NCBI GenBank assembly: GCA_039028615.1
Contig: JBCCHT010000007.1
Coordinates: 1-64,000 of the forward strand
Reading direction: 5' to 3'
Length of the DNA: 64,000 nt
Origin: Myxococcota bacterium
GTDB lineage: Bacteria; Myxococcota_A; Polyangia; Nannocystales; Nannocystaceae
The translations under genes were made by a program, and so were the position numbers. Below, in pieces: positions 27,784-38,235 of the stretch (the first letter of the stretch is position 1; the number at the start of each line of letters is the position of its first letter). The notes below the pieces were generated by a model. The model made no database searches and was not told the DNA's origin. It saw nothing but the letters and a program-made list of their open reading frames with translations.

Positions 27784-29664
27784 CTAGCCGGCGAGGCGCT
27801 CGACGAGCTCGCGCAGCATCGAGGGATCGATGGGCTTGTCGATATAGGGCAGCCCGCTGGTCTCGAGGAACTCGCGCGAGTCGTCGAACTCGCCGCCGGT
27901 GATGAACGCGACCCGGTCGGAGAGGTTGGGGGCGATGCGCTGCACGTTGCGATAGAAGTCCATGCCGCTCATGTCGGCGACCTCGACCTCGCAGAGGATG
28001 GCGTGCACCGACTCGCCGCCGTCGATGAGCGACAGCGCGTCCCGCCCCTTGCGCAGCGAGACCACGTCGTACTCGGTGGAGAGCATGCGTGACAGCGGCC
28101 GCCCCATGAGGCCCTCGCGGTCGATGACCAGGACCCGCAGGCGGTCTTCGTCTTCGTCGAGCGAGAAGCTGGTGGCGATCTCGGGCGCGGCGGGCAGCAG
28201 GATGCTGACCCGGGTGCCCTCGCCTTCCGTGCTGTCGATCAGGATGTCGCCGTGGAACGAGCGAATGATGTTGCTCGTGATCGAAAGGCCCAGGCCCGTG
28301 CCCACGCCGACCGGCTTGGTCGTGTAGAAGGGGTCGAAGATCCGCGCGCGCACCTCTTCGGGCATCCCCAGGCCGTTGTCGATGACCTCGATGCGCACCA
28401 TGCCCGAGGGCTCGACGCTGGTGCGCAGCGTGATGACGCCGTCGCAATTGCGCCGCTCGGGAATGGCCTGCGCCGCGTTGACGATGAGGTTGACGAAGAC
28501 CTGGGTGAGCCGCGACTGGTCGGCCACCACCGGGCGGACGTGCCCGTAGTCGCGCACGAGGTGGGCGCGATACTTGAACTGGTTGGTGGCGATGTTGACC
28601 GCGATGTCGAGCGTCTCCTCGACGTCGACGCTCTCGGCTCGCTCGGGCTGCGAGCGCGAGTAGGTCAGCAAGTCCCGAACGATGCGCTTGACCTGGTCGG
28701 CGCCCTGCTGCGCCTCGGCGATCATCTTGGAGATCTCGGTCTCTTCGAGGTCGCCCGCGTCGAGTTCCTCGAGCCCGCGATCGATGGCGTCGAGGTTGGC
28801 GATGACCCAGGTGAGCGGGTTGTTGATCTCGTGCGCGACGCCAGCGGCCAGGGTACCCACCGTCGCCATGCGCTCGGAGTGCGCCACCCGCTCCTGGAGC
28901 CGCTTGCCCTCGGTGACGTCTTGGAAGACGCCGAACACCGCGAGCGGACGGCCGTCTTCGCTGACCTCGCACTTGCCCTTGCTCAGCACGTTGCGGACGG
29001 TACCGTCGGGTCGCACGATCCGCAGCTCGAACTCGAAGTCCTTGCGCAGCAAAATCGCGTCGCGAATGTGGTCGGAGACCAAGCCCCGATCTTCGGGGTG
29101 GTACGCCTCGACCGCCGCCTCGACGGTGGGCTTGAACACGTTGGGATCGAGCCCGTGGATCCGATACATCTCGTGCGACCAGGTCAGCGAGTCGCGGGTG
29201 AGATCGATGCGCCAGTGGCCGAAGCCGGCGACCTCCTCGGCCATGAGCAACAGGCGGGTCTGCTCTTCGCTGTCGCGCTCGGCGAGCTTTTGCTCGGTGA
29301 TGTCGCGGGCGGTGCCGTAGATGGCCCCGTGCCGCATGGGCACCGCGCTCCATTGCAGCCAGCGGTAGGTACCGTCGTGACAGCGAATCCGGTTCTCGAA
29401 GCGGGCGTCGCCTTCTTGCTCACGAAGGCCATCGAGCTCGTTGGCGGTGTCGAGGACGTCGGCCGGGTGCACGAAGTCCAGCAGGTCGTGGCTCTTGAGC
29501 TCCGACGAGGGCCAGCCCAACAAGCGCTCCCACGCGGGGTTGATCCACCGCAGGTAACCGGAGCGATCGATGATGCACAACAGATCGACGGCGGCCGTAA
29601 TCAGCCGCCCCAAGGCGTTGCGAGGAGGTCCTCCCGACGACTCGATGTGATCGGGCACGAGCAC
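27784..29664 (-). CDS. Hybrid sensor histidine kinase (2 PAS + HisKA/HATPase + receiver-like domain)
   Basis: Two PAS/PAC domains; AHEINNPL, NLIVNA, DNGLG, FDPFYTTK, GTGLGL; degenerate C-terminal REC. Confidence 0.92.
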   Translation of the reverse strand: MLVPDHIESSGGPPRNALGRLITAAVDLLCIIDRSGYLRWINPAWERLLGWPSSELKSHDLLDFVHPADVLDTANELDGLREQEGDARFENRIRCHDGTYRWLQWSAVPMRHGAIYGTARDITEQKLAERDSEEQTRLLLMAEEVAGFGHWRIDLTRDSLTWSHEMYRIHGLDPNVFKPTVEAAVEAYHPEDRGLVSDHIRDAILLRKDFEFELRIVRPDGTVRNVLSKGKCEVSEDGRPLAVFGVFQDVTEGKRLQERVAHSERMATVGTLAAGVAHEINNPLTWVIANLDAIDRGLEELDAGDLEETEISKMIAEAQQGADQVKRIVRDLLTYSRSQPERAESVDVEETLDIAVNIATNQFKYRAHLVRDYGHVRPVVADQSRLTQVFVNLIVNAAQAIPERRNCDGVITLRTSVEPSGMVRIEVIDNGLGMPEEVRARIFDPFYTTKPVGVGTGLGLSITSNIIRSFHGDILIDSTEGEGTRVSILLPAAPEIATSFSLDEDEDRLRVLVIDREGLMGRPLSRMLSTEYDVVSLRKGRDALSLIDGGESVHAILCEVEVADMSGMDFYRNVQRIAPNLSDRVAFITGGEFDDSREFLETSGLPYIDKPIDPSMLRELVERLAG

Positions 29665-29849
29665 CGTAACCGCGCCGAGTATAGCGCGGGATCGATGTAC
29701 GTCGGGCTAGCAGGTGCTGGCATGTTTTCCCATATCGACACCTTGACCCAGGGATGCCCCGATGCATGCGTCCCAGTCAGAGACACTGCATCGCAAACGC
29801 GGGCTCGAGATGGACGTCGGCCCCTCGTCGGCTACGCTGATCGTCTGCC

Positions 29850-30542
29850 GTGAGGTTTTCCGTGACCGACCATCTCGCCTGGTCGATCGGCTTGCCACCC
29901 GAACGCGCCGCGCAGGGTTTCGACGGGCTGGTGACGCTGGGGCGAGAGCAAATACAGCGACACTTTCCCGCGTCGCGAGGATACGAGCTGCAGTGCACGA
30001 AGCTCGGCGGTCCCATCGACGGCATCTGCTGGCAAGTCACACGCGGGCCCTTCGTCGCCCAGCTCGGCATCCAACGCTTCGCTCGAGCTCATGGCGCCAC
30101 CAGCACTCGGTCTTCGGTCGAGCTGCGCGTGATCGCATCGGCCGGTTCACGCGATCACAACGCGTCCGATCCCGAAGCGCTGGAGCGCCGCGTCGTCACA
30201 TGGGCGCTGGCCGGCTGGGGCCTCGGGAGCGTCGGGCTCGGCGCGCTGCTGCTCGGCGCGAGCGGAGTCCTCAGCGGCTGGGGGCAGATGCTCTTGTTGG
30301 TGCCCGCCGTCGCGGCGTGGCGAGCGAGCATGGCGAGCTTGGTTCGTCGCGCCAACCGATCGCCGCGAGCGCTGCCTGCCGCTGCGACCTCGGCTCTGCC
30401 CGCCTCGCCTCAGGTCGAGCACGGGCTCGAGCGCTGGCAGGATGTGCTCGAAGAAATCCGAGCGCGCCGCGACGAGCTCCAGAGCACACGCGGTCTGCCA
30501 CCGTTCCGACAGGCGGCACCGGGCGAAGCACTCTCGGCCTGA
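29850..30542 (+). CDS. Hypothetical membrane protein
   Basis: Fills the intergenic gap; two hydrophobic helices; coding-like composition. Confidence 0.6.
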   Translation: MRFSVTDHLAWSIGLPPERAAQGFDGLVTLGREQIQRHFPASRGYELQCTKLGGPIDGICWQVTRGPFVAQLGIQRFARAHGATSTRSSVELRVIASAGSRDHNASDPEALERRVVTWALAGWGLGSVGLGALLLGASGVLSGWGQMLLLVPAVAAWRASMASLVRRANRSPRALPAAATSALPASPQVEHGLERWQDVLEEIRARRDELQSTRGLPPFRQAAPGEALSA

Positions 30543-30802
30543 TCGAATCGGCCCGACGAAGCTGCGTCCGCGTCGGCGTCCCACGGATGCATCAAAAACG
30601 CGGGGTCGTTGAACGTGAGGCGTGAGGAAGGCCGACGTGTAGATGGTTGCACGCCACTCGTTCCCAATGAGGGACCCCGGTTCGGGAATGCTCGATACCT
30701 TCGTTGCGGCTCGGGAAACCCGGCGCCGTACCGGGCTTGCGACCGCGGCCTCCGCCGTGCCAAATAGCGCCAATGCTTAGACGTGGCGCGCAGGCGGTAG
30801 AC

Positions 30803-31963
30803 ATGATGCGAGGAGTCCTGGACACGGGCTTCTCTGGCAGCAAGCAGCGAGCCGAGTCGGTGGTGCGCGAGCTCTTCGAGCACGCGGGCATCGGGTTCGG
30901 CGACAGCGAGCCCGGCGACATCGTCGTCCACGACGAGCGCTTCTACGAGCGCATGCTCCGGGACAAGTCGATCGGCCTGGGCGAGTCCTACATGGACGGC
31001 TGGTGGGACACCAACGCGCTCGACGTGCTCATCGACAAGATGATGCGCGCCGACCTCAAGCGGAAGATCGCGGGCAACTGGCGGCTGAAGCTCTACGCCG
31101 CCGAGGCGATGCTCATCAACCGCCAGAACATGGAGCGCTCCAAGCACTCCGTCTACGCCCACTACGACATCGGCAACGACCTGTACGAGCGCATGCTCGA
31201 CCCGCGCATGATCTACACCTGCGCCTACTGGAAGGACGCCAAGACCCTCGAGGAGGCCCAGGAGGCCAAGCTCGACCTCGTGTGTCGCAAGGTCGGCCTG
31301 AAGCCCGGCATGCGCGTGCTCGATCTCGGCTGCGGCTGGGGTGGCTTCGCCATGTTCGCGGCCGAGAAGTACGGCTGCGAGGTCGTCGGCTACACCGTGT
31401 CCAAGGCCCAGGTCGAGATCGGCCAAAAGCGCGCCAAGGAGTCCGGGCTGCCCGTCGACATCCGCTGCGCCGACTACCGCACTGCCGAGGGCACCTTCGA
31501 TCGCGTGGTGTCCATCGGCATGATGGAGCACATCGGCCACAAGAATCACCGCACCGTCATGGAGGTCATCAACCGCACGATGATCGACGAGGGCGTCGCG
31601 CTGATTCACACCATCGGCAACAACCGCAGCGTCACCCACGGCACGCCCTGGGTCGAGAAGTACATCTTCCCCAACGCGGTGGCTCCCTCGGCGGCTCAGA
31701 TCGCCAAGGCGAGCGAGGGCCTGTTCGTGCTCGAGGACATGCAGAACATCGGGCCGCACTATGACCCGACCCTCATGGCCTGGTGGGACCGTTTCGACGC
31801 GGCCTACCCCGACCTCAAGCACAAGTACGACGAGCGCTTCTACCGAATGTGGAAGTTCTACCTGCTCGGCGCGGCCGGGTCCTCGCGCTCGCGCGACGGC
31901 CAGCTGTACCACTTCGTGTTCAGCAAGATCGGCCGCGAGTACCCCGACTGCCGCAAGAGCTGA
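30803..31963 (+). CDS. cfa: Cyclopropane-fatty-acyl-phospholipid synthase
   Basis: GLGESYMDGWW, HYDIGNDLY, YTCAYW, VLDLGCGWGG, VSIGMMEH, KYIFP, RFYRMWKFYL. Confidence 0.93.
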   Translation: MMRGVLDTGFSGSKQRAESVVRELFEHAGIGFGDSEPGDIVVHDERFYERMLRDKSIGLGESYMDGWWDTNALDVLIDKMMRADLKRKIAGNWRLKLYAAEAMLINRQNMERSKHSVYAHYDIGNDLYERMLDPRMIYTCAYWKDAKTLEEAQEAKLDLVCRKVGLKPGMRVLDLGCGWGGFAMFAAEKYGCEVVGYTVSKAQVEIGQKRAKESGLPVDIRCADYRTAEGTFDRVVSIGMMEHIGHKNHRTVMEVINRTMIDEGVALIHTIGNNRSVTHGTPWVEKYIFPNAVAPSAAQIAKASEGLFVLEDMQNIGPHYDPTLMAWWDRFDAAYPDLKHKYDERFYRMWKFYLLGAAGSSRSRDGQLYHFVFSKIGREYPDCRKS

Positions 31964-31970
31964 GGCTCCC

Positions 31971-32001
31971 GGGTCCTCGGTATGCGTCAGGCCGAGGACC
32001 C
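31971..32001. terminator. Hairpin between the convergent cfa and HTTM genes
   Basis: GGGTCCTCGG-11 nt-CCGAGGACCC perfect 10-bp stem. Confidence 0.5.
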
Positions 32002-32916
32002 CGCCCGCTGCGCTCGCCACTTCAGCCAGCGGTCGTGCAGCGTCTCGACGTCGAAGAACGACGCGTAGGCGAAGCCGACCACCTGGTAGTGGAACATGAT
32101 GGCCATGAGCACCAGGACGCCGACGTGAAAGCCCCACGCCACCGCGGCCCACAGGCGAGCGACGCGGCGGTGTAGCAGCACGAAGGGCGCCCCCAGCTCG
32201 ACCGCCAGCGACACCGCGGCCAGCGGGGGAAAGAGCCACCCCTGCTGGGCGAGCATGCTACCGAGCCACGAGTAGCCCGCGCCCAGCTCGACCTTCCGCA
32301 GGTTGTCGTAGGCCACGTACATGCGCAGGGTGTCGCTGGTCACCCAGCCCCAGCCCGCGTTGTGCAGCTTGGACCAGCCCGCGATGAAGTAGGTGGTGAC
32401 CGTCACCGCGCACAAGAGGCGGATCGCCCAGCCGTACCAGGAGCTCGGGGTGTCGTCGGGCGGGTCGCCGCGGCGCCGGGCGTCGGCCGAGATCGCATCG
32501 GCCGCGGGCGCAAAGGCCAGCACGAGCACGTGCAGCACGATCAGGTTTTCCGTGTGGAAGACCATGCTCCACGAGTTGCGGTAGCTCGTCACCCACATCA
32601 GCGCGAGCGCGAAGGCGGGACCGGTGAGGCGGAAGCGCCAGCCCGTCACGAACGCCACCCCCAAGGGCACCGCCACCGCGGCCACCAGGATGACCAGGGC
32701 ATAGGGCAACGGATCGGCGAGCAGCATGACCGGACCCACCGGTTTCCACTGCGTCGGCGACATGCTGCTGACGTTGACGAAGTGGGGGAAGCGAACCGCC
32801 AGATAGGCCAGCGCGTAGGCGCCGATCATGATCCGCAGCATCGCCAGGCGCCGGGCGGGGGCCGGGGTCCACCACCAGCGCTCGACCCGGCTCAGGACGC
32901 CGCCGCCTTCGCTCAT
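31987..32916 (-). CDS. HTTM-domain membrane protein (vitamin K-dependent gamma-carboxylase/SdpB-like)
   Basis: RLAMLRI, GWRFR, H.ENL, SADA, YFIAGWSKL..GWGW, ELGAP, FHVG..LM.I.F. Confidence 0.82.
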   Translation of the reverse strand: MSEGGGVLSRVERWWWTPAPARRLAMLRIMIGAYALAYLAVRFPHFVNVSSMSPTQWKPVGPVMLLADPLPYALVILVAAVAVPLGVAFVTGWRFRLTGPAFALALMWVTSYRNSWSMVFHTENLIVLHVLVLAFAPAADAISADARRRGDPPDDTPSSWYGWAIRLLCAVTVTTYFIAGWSKLHNAGWGWVTSDTLRMYVAYDNLRKVELGAGYSWLGSMLAQQGWLFPPLAAVSLAVELGAPFVLLHRRVARLWAAVAWGFHVGVLVLMAIMFHYQVVGFAYASFFDVETLHDRWLKWRAQRAGSSA

Positions 32917-33383
32917 CGGGCGCCTCCGTGGGGCACGGCGCAGCGCGCATGCACCCGCGTCTTGCGGGGCTTTTTGTCCCCGGAGAAGTACGCGAGCGAG
33001 TCGTAGACGTCGGTGCGGACCTCGAGGCGCTCGAGATCGGCGTGCTCGGGCTGGCTCGCCACCAGCTCGGCGCTGCGCTGGCACAGGTCGCGGGCGTGCC
33101 CCTTGCGGATCGCCAGGCGGACCGTCACGTACGCTTGCATGATCTCGGCCGAGCCCAGCTGCTCGGGCGTCAGCGGGCGGTGCCGCCCCTCTTTCGAGTA
33201 CCCGACCACATGCGGAATCTCGGAGCGCGTACGGTCGCGGCTGCTCGAGAACATGGGGTAGTTGGACAGCGGGAAGCCGTCTTTGGGAGGGTCCCGAAGG
33301 ATCGGCCACACGATGGCCAGCACGAGCCCCGCGCTGAAGACGAAGGCCCAGGCCCGTCGCGCCCCGGTCATCGACGTGCTCAC
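32913..33383 (-). CDS. Small single-TM partner protein of HTTM
   Basis: N-terminal TM, DGFPLSNYPMFS motif; 4-bp start/stop overlaps on both sides. Confidence 0.75.
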   Translation of the reverse strand: MSTSMTGARRAWAFVFSAGLVLAIVWPILRDPPKDGFPLSNYPMFSSSRDRTRSEIPHVVGYSKEGRHRPLTPEQLGSAEIMQAYVTVRLAIRKGHARDLCQRSAELVASQPEHADLERLEVRTDVYDSLAYFSGDKKPRKTRVHARCAVPHGGAR

Positions 33384-35713
33384 CGCGGCTGCACCGGCTC
33401 GGGGATCGAAGAGCCCTCGACCAGGCCCAGCATGCGTCCGCTATGACCCATGCCCGCCATCGCGTGCTGCACGAAGTCGATGCGGATCTCGGGCGAGCCC
33501 ATGTGCTCGGAGAACGCCCCGATCATCGAGCTGGGCTGCTTGGAGCAGGCGAAGCAATCGACCTCGTCCCACTGGTGATGAACGAGGAACGCCAGCGCCC
33601 GGCTCACGACCTCCTCGTCGACGGTGGTGTCCTCGCCGCGCGCGCTCTTGAGGGCCAGGGCCGCCCCCATCGCCTCGCCGAAGCCCGAGGATCCCGTGTT
33701 GTGGGGTAGCAGCACGTTGCCGAAGCCGTAGCCGCCGACGAGGTCGGGCTCGACCTCGTCTTCGGCCGCGAGGATCAGCCGGATCTTGTACTGCGTGTAG
33801 TCGATGCAGAAGCGCTCGTAGCCGTCGTGGCGATGGTGCCCCAGCGACGCGCGAGCGGCCAGGCAGTGCCAGTTCTCCTCCATCCAGAAGAAGTCGGTGG
33901 CGAAGTTGTTCCAGTAGACCTCGGCGGTGTAGGTCATCGCGTCCTCCACCACCTGTTTCACCGTGGCGGTGTCCGCCATCTGGGGCAGGTCCTGCTCCAT
34001 GGTGAGCCGCTCGAGCAGGGTCAGGGCGAACACGGCCTGGCCTACCGCGTAGAGCGGATCGGCGCCGGGGATCGGCTCGCCCGTCTCGAGGTCGAACTCG
34101 GGGTGGAAGCTGCCGTTGTCCCGCCGCATCCGCAGCAGGAACCGGGTCATGCGATTGATGGCGTCGTCGAACTCGTCGCCCACCCGGTGGCGACAGCTGA
34201 GCAGCGCGATGGTGGTGAGCGCCGTGTTGCCCAGCCCGACCTTCTTGGCGTCCTGGCGCTGGGGAGGGATGACCATGCCGAAGTCCTCGTAGGTCCGCAT
34301 GGTGCCGACCAGCATGGCCAGCGCATCGCGGGCGGCCTCGTCGACCTCGGGTGTGTCTTGGCCCAGCTCGCAGATGACCAGGGTGGTGCCGGCCTGCCGC
34401 GCGAGCGCGAAGCCCTGGTAGGTGACGCGCCCGGTGAAGGGGTCGGCCTTGTAGGCGAAGCGACCGTCGGGGCCCTGGGCCTCGAGAATGTAGCGCTCGG
34501 CCCCGTCCAGCGCCTTGCGCAGGCTGGTCGCGCTGAGCGAGGGCCCGGGGTTTTTCATGCGCCGGAGGCGATGCAGCGTGCCCTCGACATCGAGCACGTA
34601 GCTGGCCGTCTCGAGGCGCGACAGGCCCTCCACCCGCGGATCGTAGCGCTGCGGTCGCTCGGGCCACACCAGCGCCTTGCGGGCCTGGGCGGGATCGAAG
34701 CCGAAGCGAAGATCGGGGATGACCGGGATCGGCGTGTTCTCGTTGAACTGGTCCAGCGCGAGCATCTGCCAAGGCATCAGGCAGCGCGTGCCCTCGCAGA
34801 CCCCATCGACTCCCGGGCGCAGCAGCATCGCATCGACGACCGGCACCACCGACTGGAGTGCCTGCACCCCCGTGATGACGTCGATCTTGATCGGGCCGCG
34901 TTTGGCCTCGGTGCGAAGCTGCTGCCCCAGGGACTCGAGGGCGGCGGCCAGGGTCGGGCCCTGCACGCAGCGCGAGCGCGCCTCGGCCCGTGTGCCCGCG
35001 AAGTCGACCAGCGAGGTCGCCACCACCGTGACCACCCCGGGGCCGGGCGCCCGCTCGCACTCGACCGCCTGACGCACCATCAGCGAAGGCGCGTCCGCGG
35101 GAGGCTCGGGCAACGATGACGGCACGGGCAGCGCGGCCTTGATCGCCTTGCGCATCTCGGAGTCGTCGGCCACCGCGACGTCGAGTGCCGCGTCCGCCTC
35201 GGCCGATGCACTCGCGCGCCACAGCCCGACCGCGACGAGCAGCACGGCCACGGCCGAGACCCCGCGTTCGCGCGCGCCGAACCGAATCCCGCCCGTCGCC
35301 GCCAAGCCCCAGACCGACAGCGGCAAGGTGATCAGCGCGACCACGGCCCACACCGCAGCCAGGCCCGCCGCGACGCCCTTGCCCAGGCCACCGTAGAGCG
35401 CGGCGATATACGTGCTCGCGCTGACCAGGTTCCAGGTGAGATAGGCGAGGTAGGTCAGCGCCGCGAGGGCTTGCAGGCGCCAGGCCTTGCCTCGCAGTCG
35501 ATGCCCCACCAGCCCCGCGACGAAGTGCACACCGTGGGCGGCCGCGACCACGGACGTGACCACGGCAAAGGTCGTCCAGTCCCGCCACGGCAGGACCGAT
35601 GCACCCCAGCCCAAGATGGCGGCCACCAGCCCCGAAAGCAGGACCGGCCACCAGCGTGCCCCCCCGGCGGCGGGCCCCGCGGAGCGGTCGGGTTCCTCGG
35701 CGTGTTCAGCCAT
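33380..35713 (-). CDS. Membrane-anchored AMMECR1-like + alpha/alpha-barrel protein of unknown function
   Basis: ~5 N-terminal TM helices; PGVDGV segment; QGPDGRFAY...RQAGTT; DNGSF; C-terminal IRIDFVQHA; likely start MAEHAE at 35713. Confidence 0.7.
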   Translation of the reverse strand: MAEHAEEPDRSAGPAAGGARWWPVLLSGLVAAILGWGASVLPWRDWTTFAVVTSVVAAAHGVHFVAGLVGHRLRGKAWRLQALAALTYLAYLTWNLVSASTYIAALYGGLGKGVAAGLAAVWAVVALITLPLSVWGLAATGGIRFGARERGVSAVAVLLVAVGLWRASASAEADAALDVAVADDSEMRKAIKAALPVPSSLPEPPADAPSLMVRQAVECERAPGPGVVTVVATSLVDFAGTRAEARSRCVQGPTLAAALESLGQQLRTEAKRGPIKIDVITGVQALQSVVPVVDAMLLRPGVDGVCEGTRCLMPWQMLALDQFNENTPIPVIPDLRFGFDPAQARKALVWPERPQRYDPRVEGLSRLETASYVLDVEGTLHRLRRMKNPGPSLSATSLRKALDGAERYILEAQGPDGRFAYKADPFTGRVTYQGFALARQAGTTLVICELGQDTPEVDEAARDALAMLVGTMRTYEDFGMVIPPQRQDAKKVGLGNTALTTIALLSCRHRVGDEFDDAINRMTRFLLRMRRDNGSFHPEFDLETGEPIPGADPLYAVGQAVFALTLLERLTMEQDLPQMADTATVKQVVEDAMTYTAEVYWNNFATDFFWMEENWHCLAARASLGHHRHDGYERFCIDYTQYKIRLILAAEDEVEPDLVGGYGFGNVLLPHNTGSSGFGEAMGAALALKSARGEDTTVDEEVVSRALAFLVHHQWDEVDCFACSKQPSSMIGAFSEHMGSPEIRIDFVQHAMAGMGHSGRMLGLVEGSSIPEPVQPR

Positions 35714-35781
35714 GGCCGGGAACCTAGCAGCGATGCCCCCGGCCACGCGAGCCGAACCACTGGAGGCCGAAAACGGGGGGA

Positions 35782-36630
35782 TCAGGCGGCGCTGCGCTGC
35801 AGCTTCATCGACCAGTCGACGCCGACGATCTCGAAGGGAGCCAGCGGCGTCCACACGTTGTCGCCCTGGAGCGGCTCGCTGGAGACGACCAGGTGTTTGA
35901 CGAAGCTGCCCGACTGGTTGTCCTGCTCGCACTCGGGCCCGAAGCTCGGGCAGCGGTCGCGCTCCGGGCAGCGATTCTTGTGCGTGGTCCAGTACAGGTT
36001 CTTGCCGCCCTGGTGCGCCACCATGGTGCGTCCGTTGGTCAGCGCGAAGGTCAGGTAGGTCTCGTGGGGAGGACCGCGGTCGTCCATGCACGGCTGCCCG
36101 GTGAGGCGCACCACCGCCTCCACCGTCTCGCGCACCGCCGCCACGACATCGGCCAGGGGGTACCCCACCTGCTGCAGGCCGTGCCGCCGCGCCATGAAGC
36201 CGAGCAACAAGTAAAAGAGCACCTCGGAGTCGCTGTCGCCGAGGATGAAGCGTCGCAGCACGGGCGGCACCTGGGCCACGAGCTCCTCGCGAATCTCGGC
36301 GAAGCCGGCGAGGTTGCCGTTGTGCACGAACACCCACTGCCCGTACTGGAAGGGGTGGGTGTTGATGATCGACAGGTTGCCCTGCGTGGCCTTGCGCAGG
36401 TGGGCCAGCACCGTCTCCGAGGCCACGATGCCCGAGACGCGCTGAAACAACTGATCATCCAGCGCCTGGGCGACGCTCTTGATCACGTGGGGGGCGCCCG
36501 CGTTGTAGTACGCCACGCCCCAGCCATCAGGGTGCCGATCGCTCTGCTGGACCAACGCATTATCGGCGCTGACCAAGCTGCGGTGGACCTGACTCTGAAT
36601 GACGGAGCGAAAACCGAAGATCCGGCACAT
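35782..36630 (-). CDS. Class II glutamine amidotransferase (EgtC/YafJ-like)
   Basis: N-terminal MCRIFG, HPDGWGVA, AHLRKATQG, NTHPF, HNG, GDSDSE, SSEPL. Confidence 0.92.
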   Translation of the reverse strand: MCRIFGFRSVIQSQVHRSLVSADNALVQQSDRHPDGWGVAYYNAGAPHVIKSVAQALDDQLFQRVSGIVASETVLAHLRKATQGNLSIINTHPFQYGQWVFVHNGNLAGFAEIREELVAQVPPVLRRFILGDSDSEVLFYLLLGFMARRHGLQQVGYPLADVVAAVRETVEAVVRLTGQPCMDDRGPPHETYLTFALTNGRTMVAHQGGKNLYWTTHKNRCPERDRCPSFGPECEQDNQSGSFVKHLVVSSEPLQGDNVWTPLAPFEIVGVDWSMKLQRSAA

Positions 36631-36834
36631 GACGGCGAAGGGCACCGCCCGACGCGGGACCTACGCAGCACGCGCGGCCAGCCCGAGCAGACCGCCCACG
36701 CTAGCCCGAGGCCTCGGGCGGAGGCAACCACCGACTCATCTGGTCAGGATCGGCTCCAGCGGGCGCGAACGCGCGGGCACGACGGCGTCGACTTCGGCTT
36801 CCCCCCGCTTCGGCCCTGGCCTAACGTAGTCCGC

Positions 36835-38235
36835 ATGCGTCTGCCTTATCGTTGCGCTTGGCTCGTCCTGTTGCTCGCGGGTTGCCCGGATGGTGGGAAC
36901 GAGGACGACACATCGACGAGCTTCGGCACGCCGACCGGCACGGACAGCGGCGGCACCGAGTCCTCGAGCGTCGACCCGGGTACGAGTTCGAGCGGTGACG
37001 TCGAAGAAACGAGCACGACCGGAAACGGATGCACCGCCGGCCAGCTCGGCTGCGAGTGTCTCCCCGAGGAGGAGTGCGATCCCGGCCTCGTGTGCGATGC
37101 AGGCACCTGCCAGGACGAGGGCGGCGACACCACCGAAGGGGACGACACCACGACCACCGGGCCCGACCCCGTGTGCGGCAACGATATGCCCGAGCCCGGT
37201 CTGCTGTGCTTCGGCACCGCCATGCCCCAGGCCATGGCCGCGGGCACCATCGGCATCACCATCGCCAACTTCGACGCCAGCCCCTTCCTCGACATCGTCA
37301 CCGCCAACCGCGACGCGAACTCGGTGGCGATTCGGCTCGGCCAGGCCGACGGCCAGTTCGGTAGCCAAGACGAGTACCCCACCGGGACCGGACCGATCGC
37401 CATTGGCTCGGGTCAGTTCGTGGGCGACGAGAACCTCGACGTGGTCACCCTCAACCTGACCTCGCTCGACGTCAGCATCCTGGCCGGCACGGCGACCGAG
37501 GATTTCGAGGCCCCGCTCAACATCAGCCTCGGCATTGCACCGCTGACCCCCACCGATCTCGAGGTCGTCGACCTCGAAGACGACGGGGACGCGGACATCT
37601 TGGTCACCGAGAGCACCGGGTCGGCCATCCACGTGATCCGCTTCGAGAAGGGCGCGGCCCTGCCGATCGACACCTACCCCGTCGGGGGCGGACCCACGGC
37701 CATCCACGCCGCAGACTTCTCGGGCAACATGGTGCCCGATGTGATCACCGCCAACGGAGCCGGCGGCACGGTGAGCCTGTTGCTGGGCAACGGCCTGGGG
37801 CAGCTCGGTGAGCCCACCAGCGCCACCGCGGGGACTTCGCCCAACGGCGCCAGCTCGGGCGATTTCAACGGCGACGACACCCTGGACGCGATCCTCTCCA
37901 ACCCGGGGGGCACGGTCACCATCCGCCTGGGCAACGGCCTGGGGGGCTTTGGCGGTCAGCTGCCCTTCCCCATCGCGGGGGGCTCGCCCACCGCCTTGGT
38001 CGCGGCCGACTTCAACCTCGACGGCATCACCGACGTCGCCGTCTCGACCAGCGAGAACAACGTGCACGTGCTCGTGGGCAACGGCTCCGGCAACCTCACC
38101 GAGGAAGCCGTCATCGCGGTCGGCGAGACGCCCGACGACATCGTGGCCGCCGACCTCAACGACGACGGCATGCTCGACATCGTCACCGCCAACATCAGCG
38201 CGGGTGGGGTCAGCGTGATCCTGACCGACGCCTAG
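36835..38235 (+). CDS. FG-GAP/VCBS repeat lipoprotein
   Basis: Lipobox LAGC; Cys-rich linker; repeats DFNGDDTLD, DFNLDGITD, DLNDDGMLDIVTAN. Confidence 0.88.
   Translation: MRLPYRCAWLVLLLAGCPDGGNEDDTSTSFGTPTGTDSGGTESSSVDPGTSSSGDVEETSTTGNGCTAGQLGCECLPEEECDPGLVCDAGTCQDEGGDTTEGDDTTTTGPDPVCGNDMPEPGLLCFGTAMPQAMAAGTIGITIANFDASPFLDIVTANRDANSVAIRLGQADGQFGSQDEYPTGTGPIAIGSGQFVGDENLDVVTLNLTSLDVSILAGTATEDFEAPLNISLGIAPLTPTDLEVVDLEDDGDADILVTESTGSAIHVIRFEKGAALPIDTYPVGGGPTAIHAADFSGNMVPDVITANGAGGTVSLLLGNGLGQLGEPTSATAGTSPNGASSGDFNGDDTLDAILSNPGGTVTIRLGNGLGGFGGQLPFPIAGGSPTALVAADFNLDGITDVAVSTSENNVHVLVGNGSGNLTEEAVIAVGETPDDIVAADLNDDGMLDIVTANISAGGVSVILTDA

Noticed and set aside
35714..36337. N-terminal extension of the 985-aa ORF overlapping the GATase
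   Set aside because: Alternate frame of the GATase gene; protein-like sequence begins at MAEHAE (35713)
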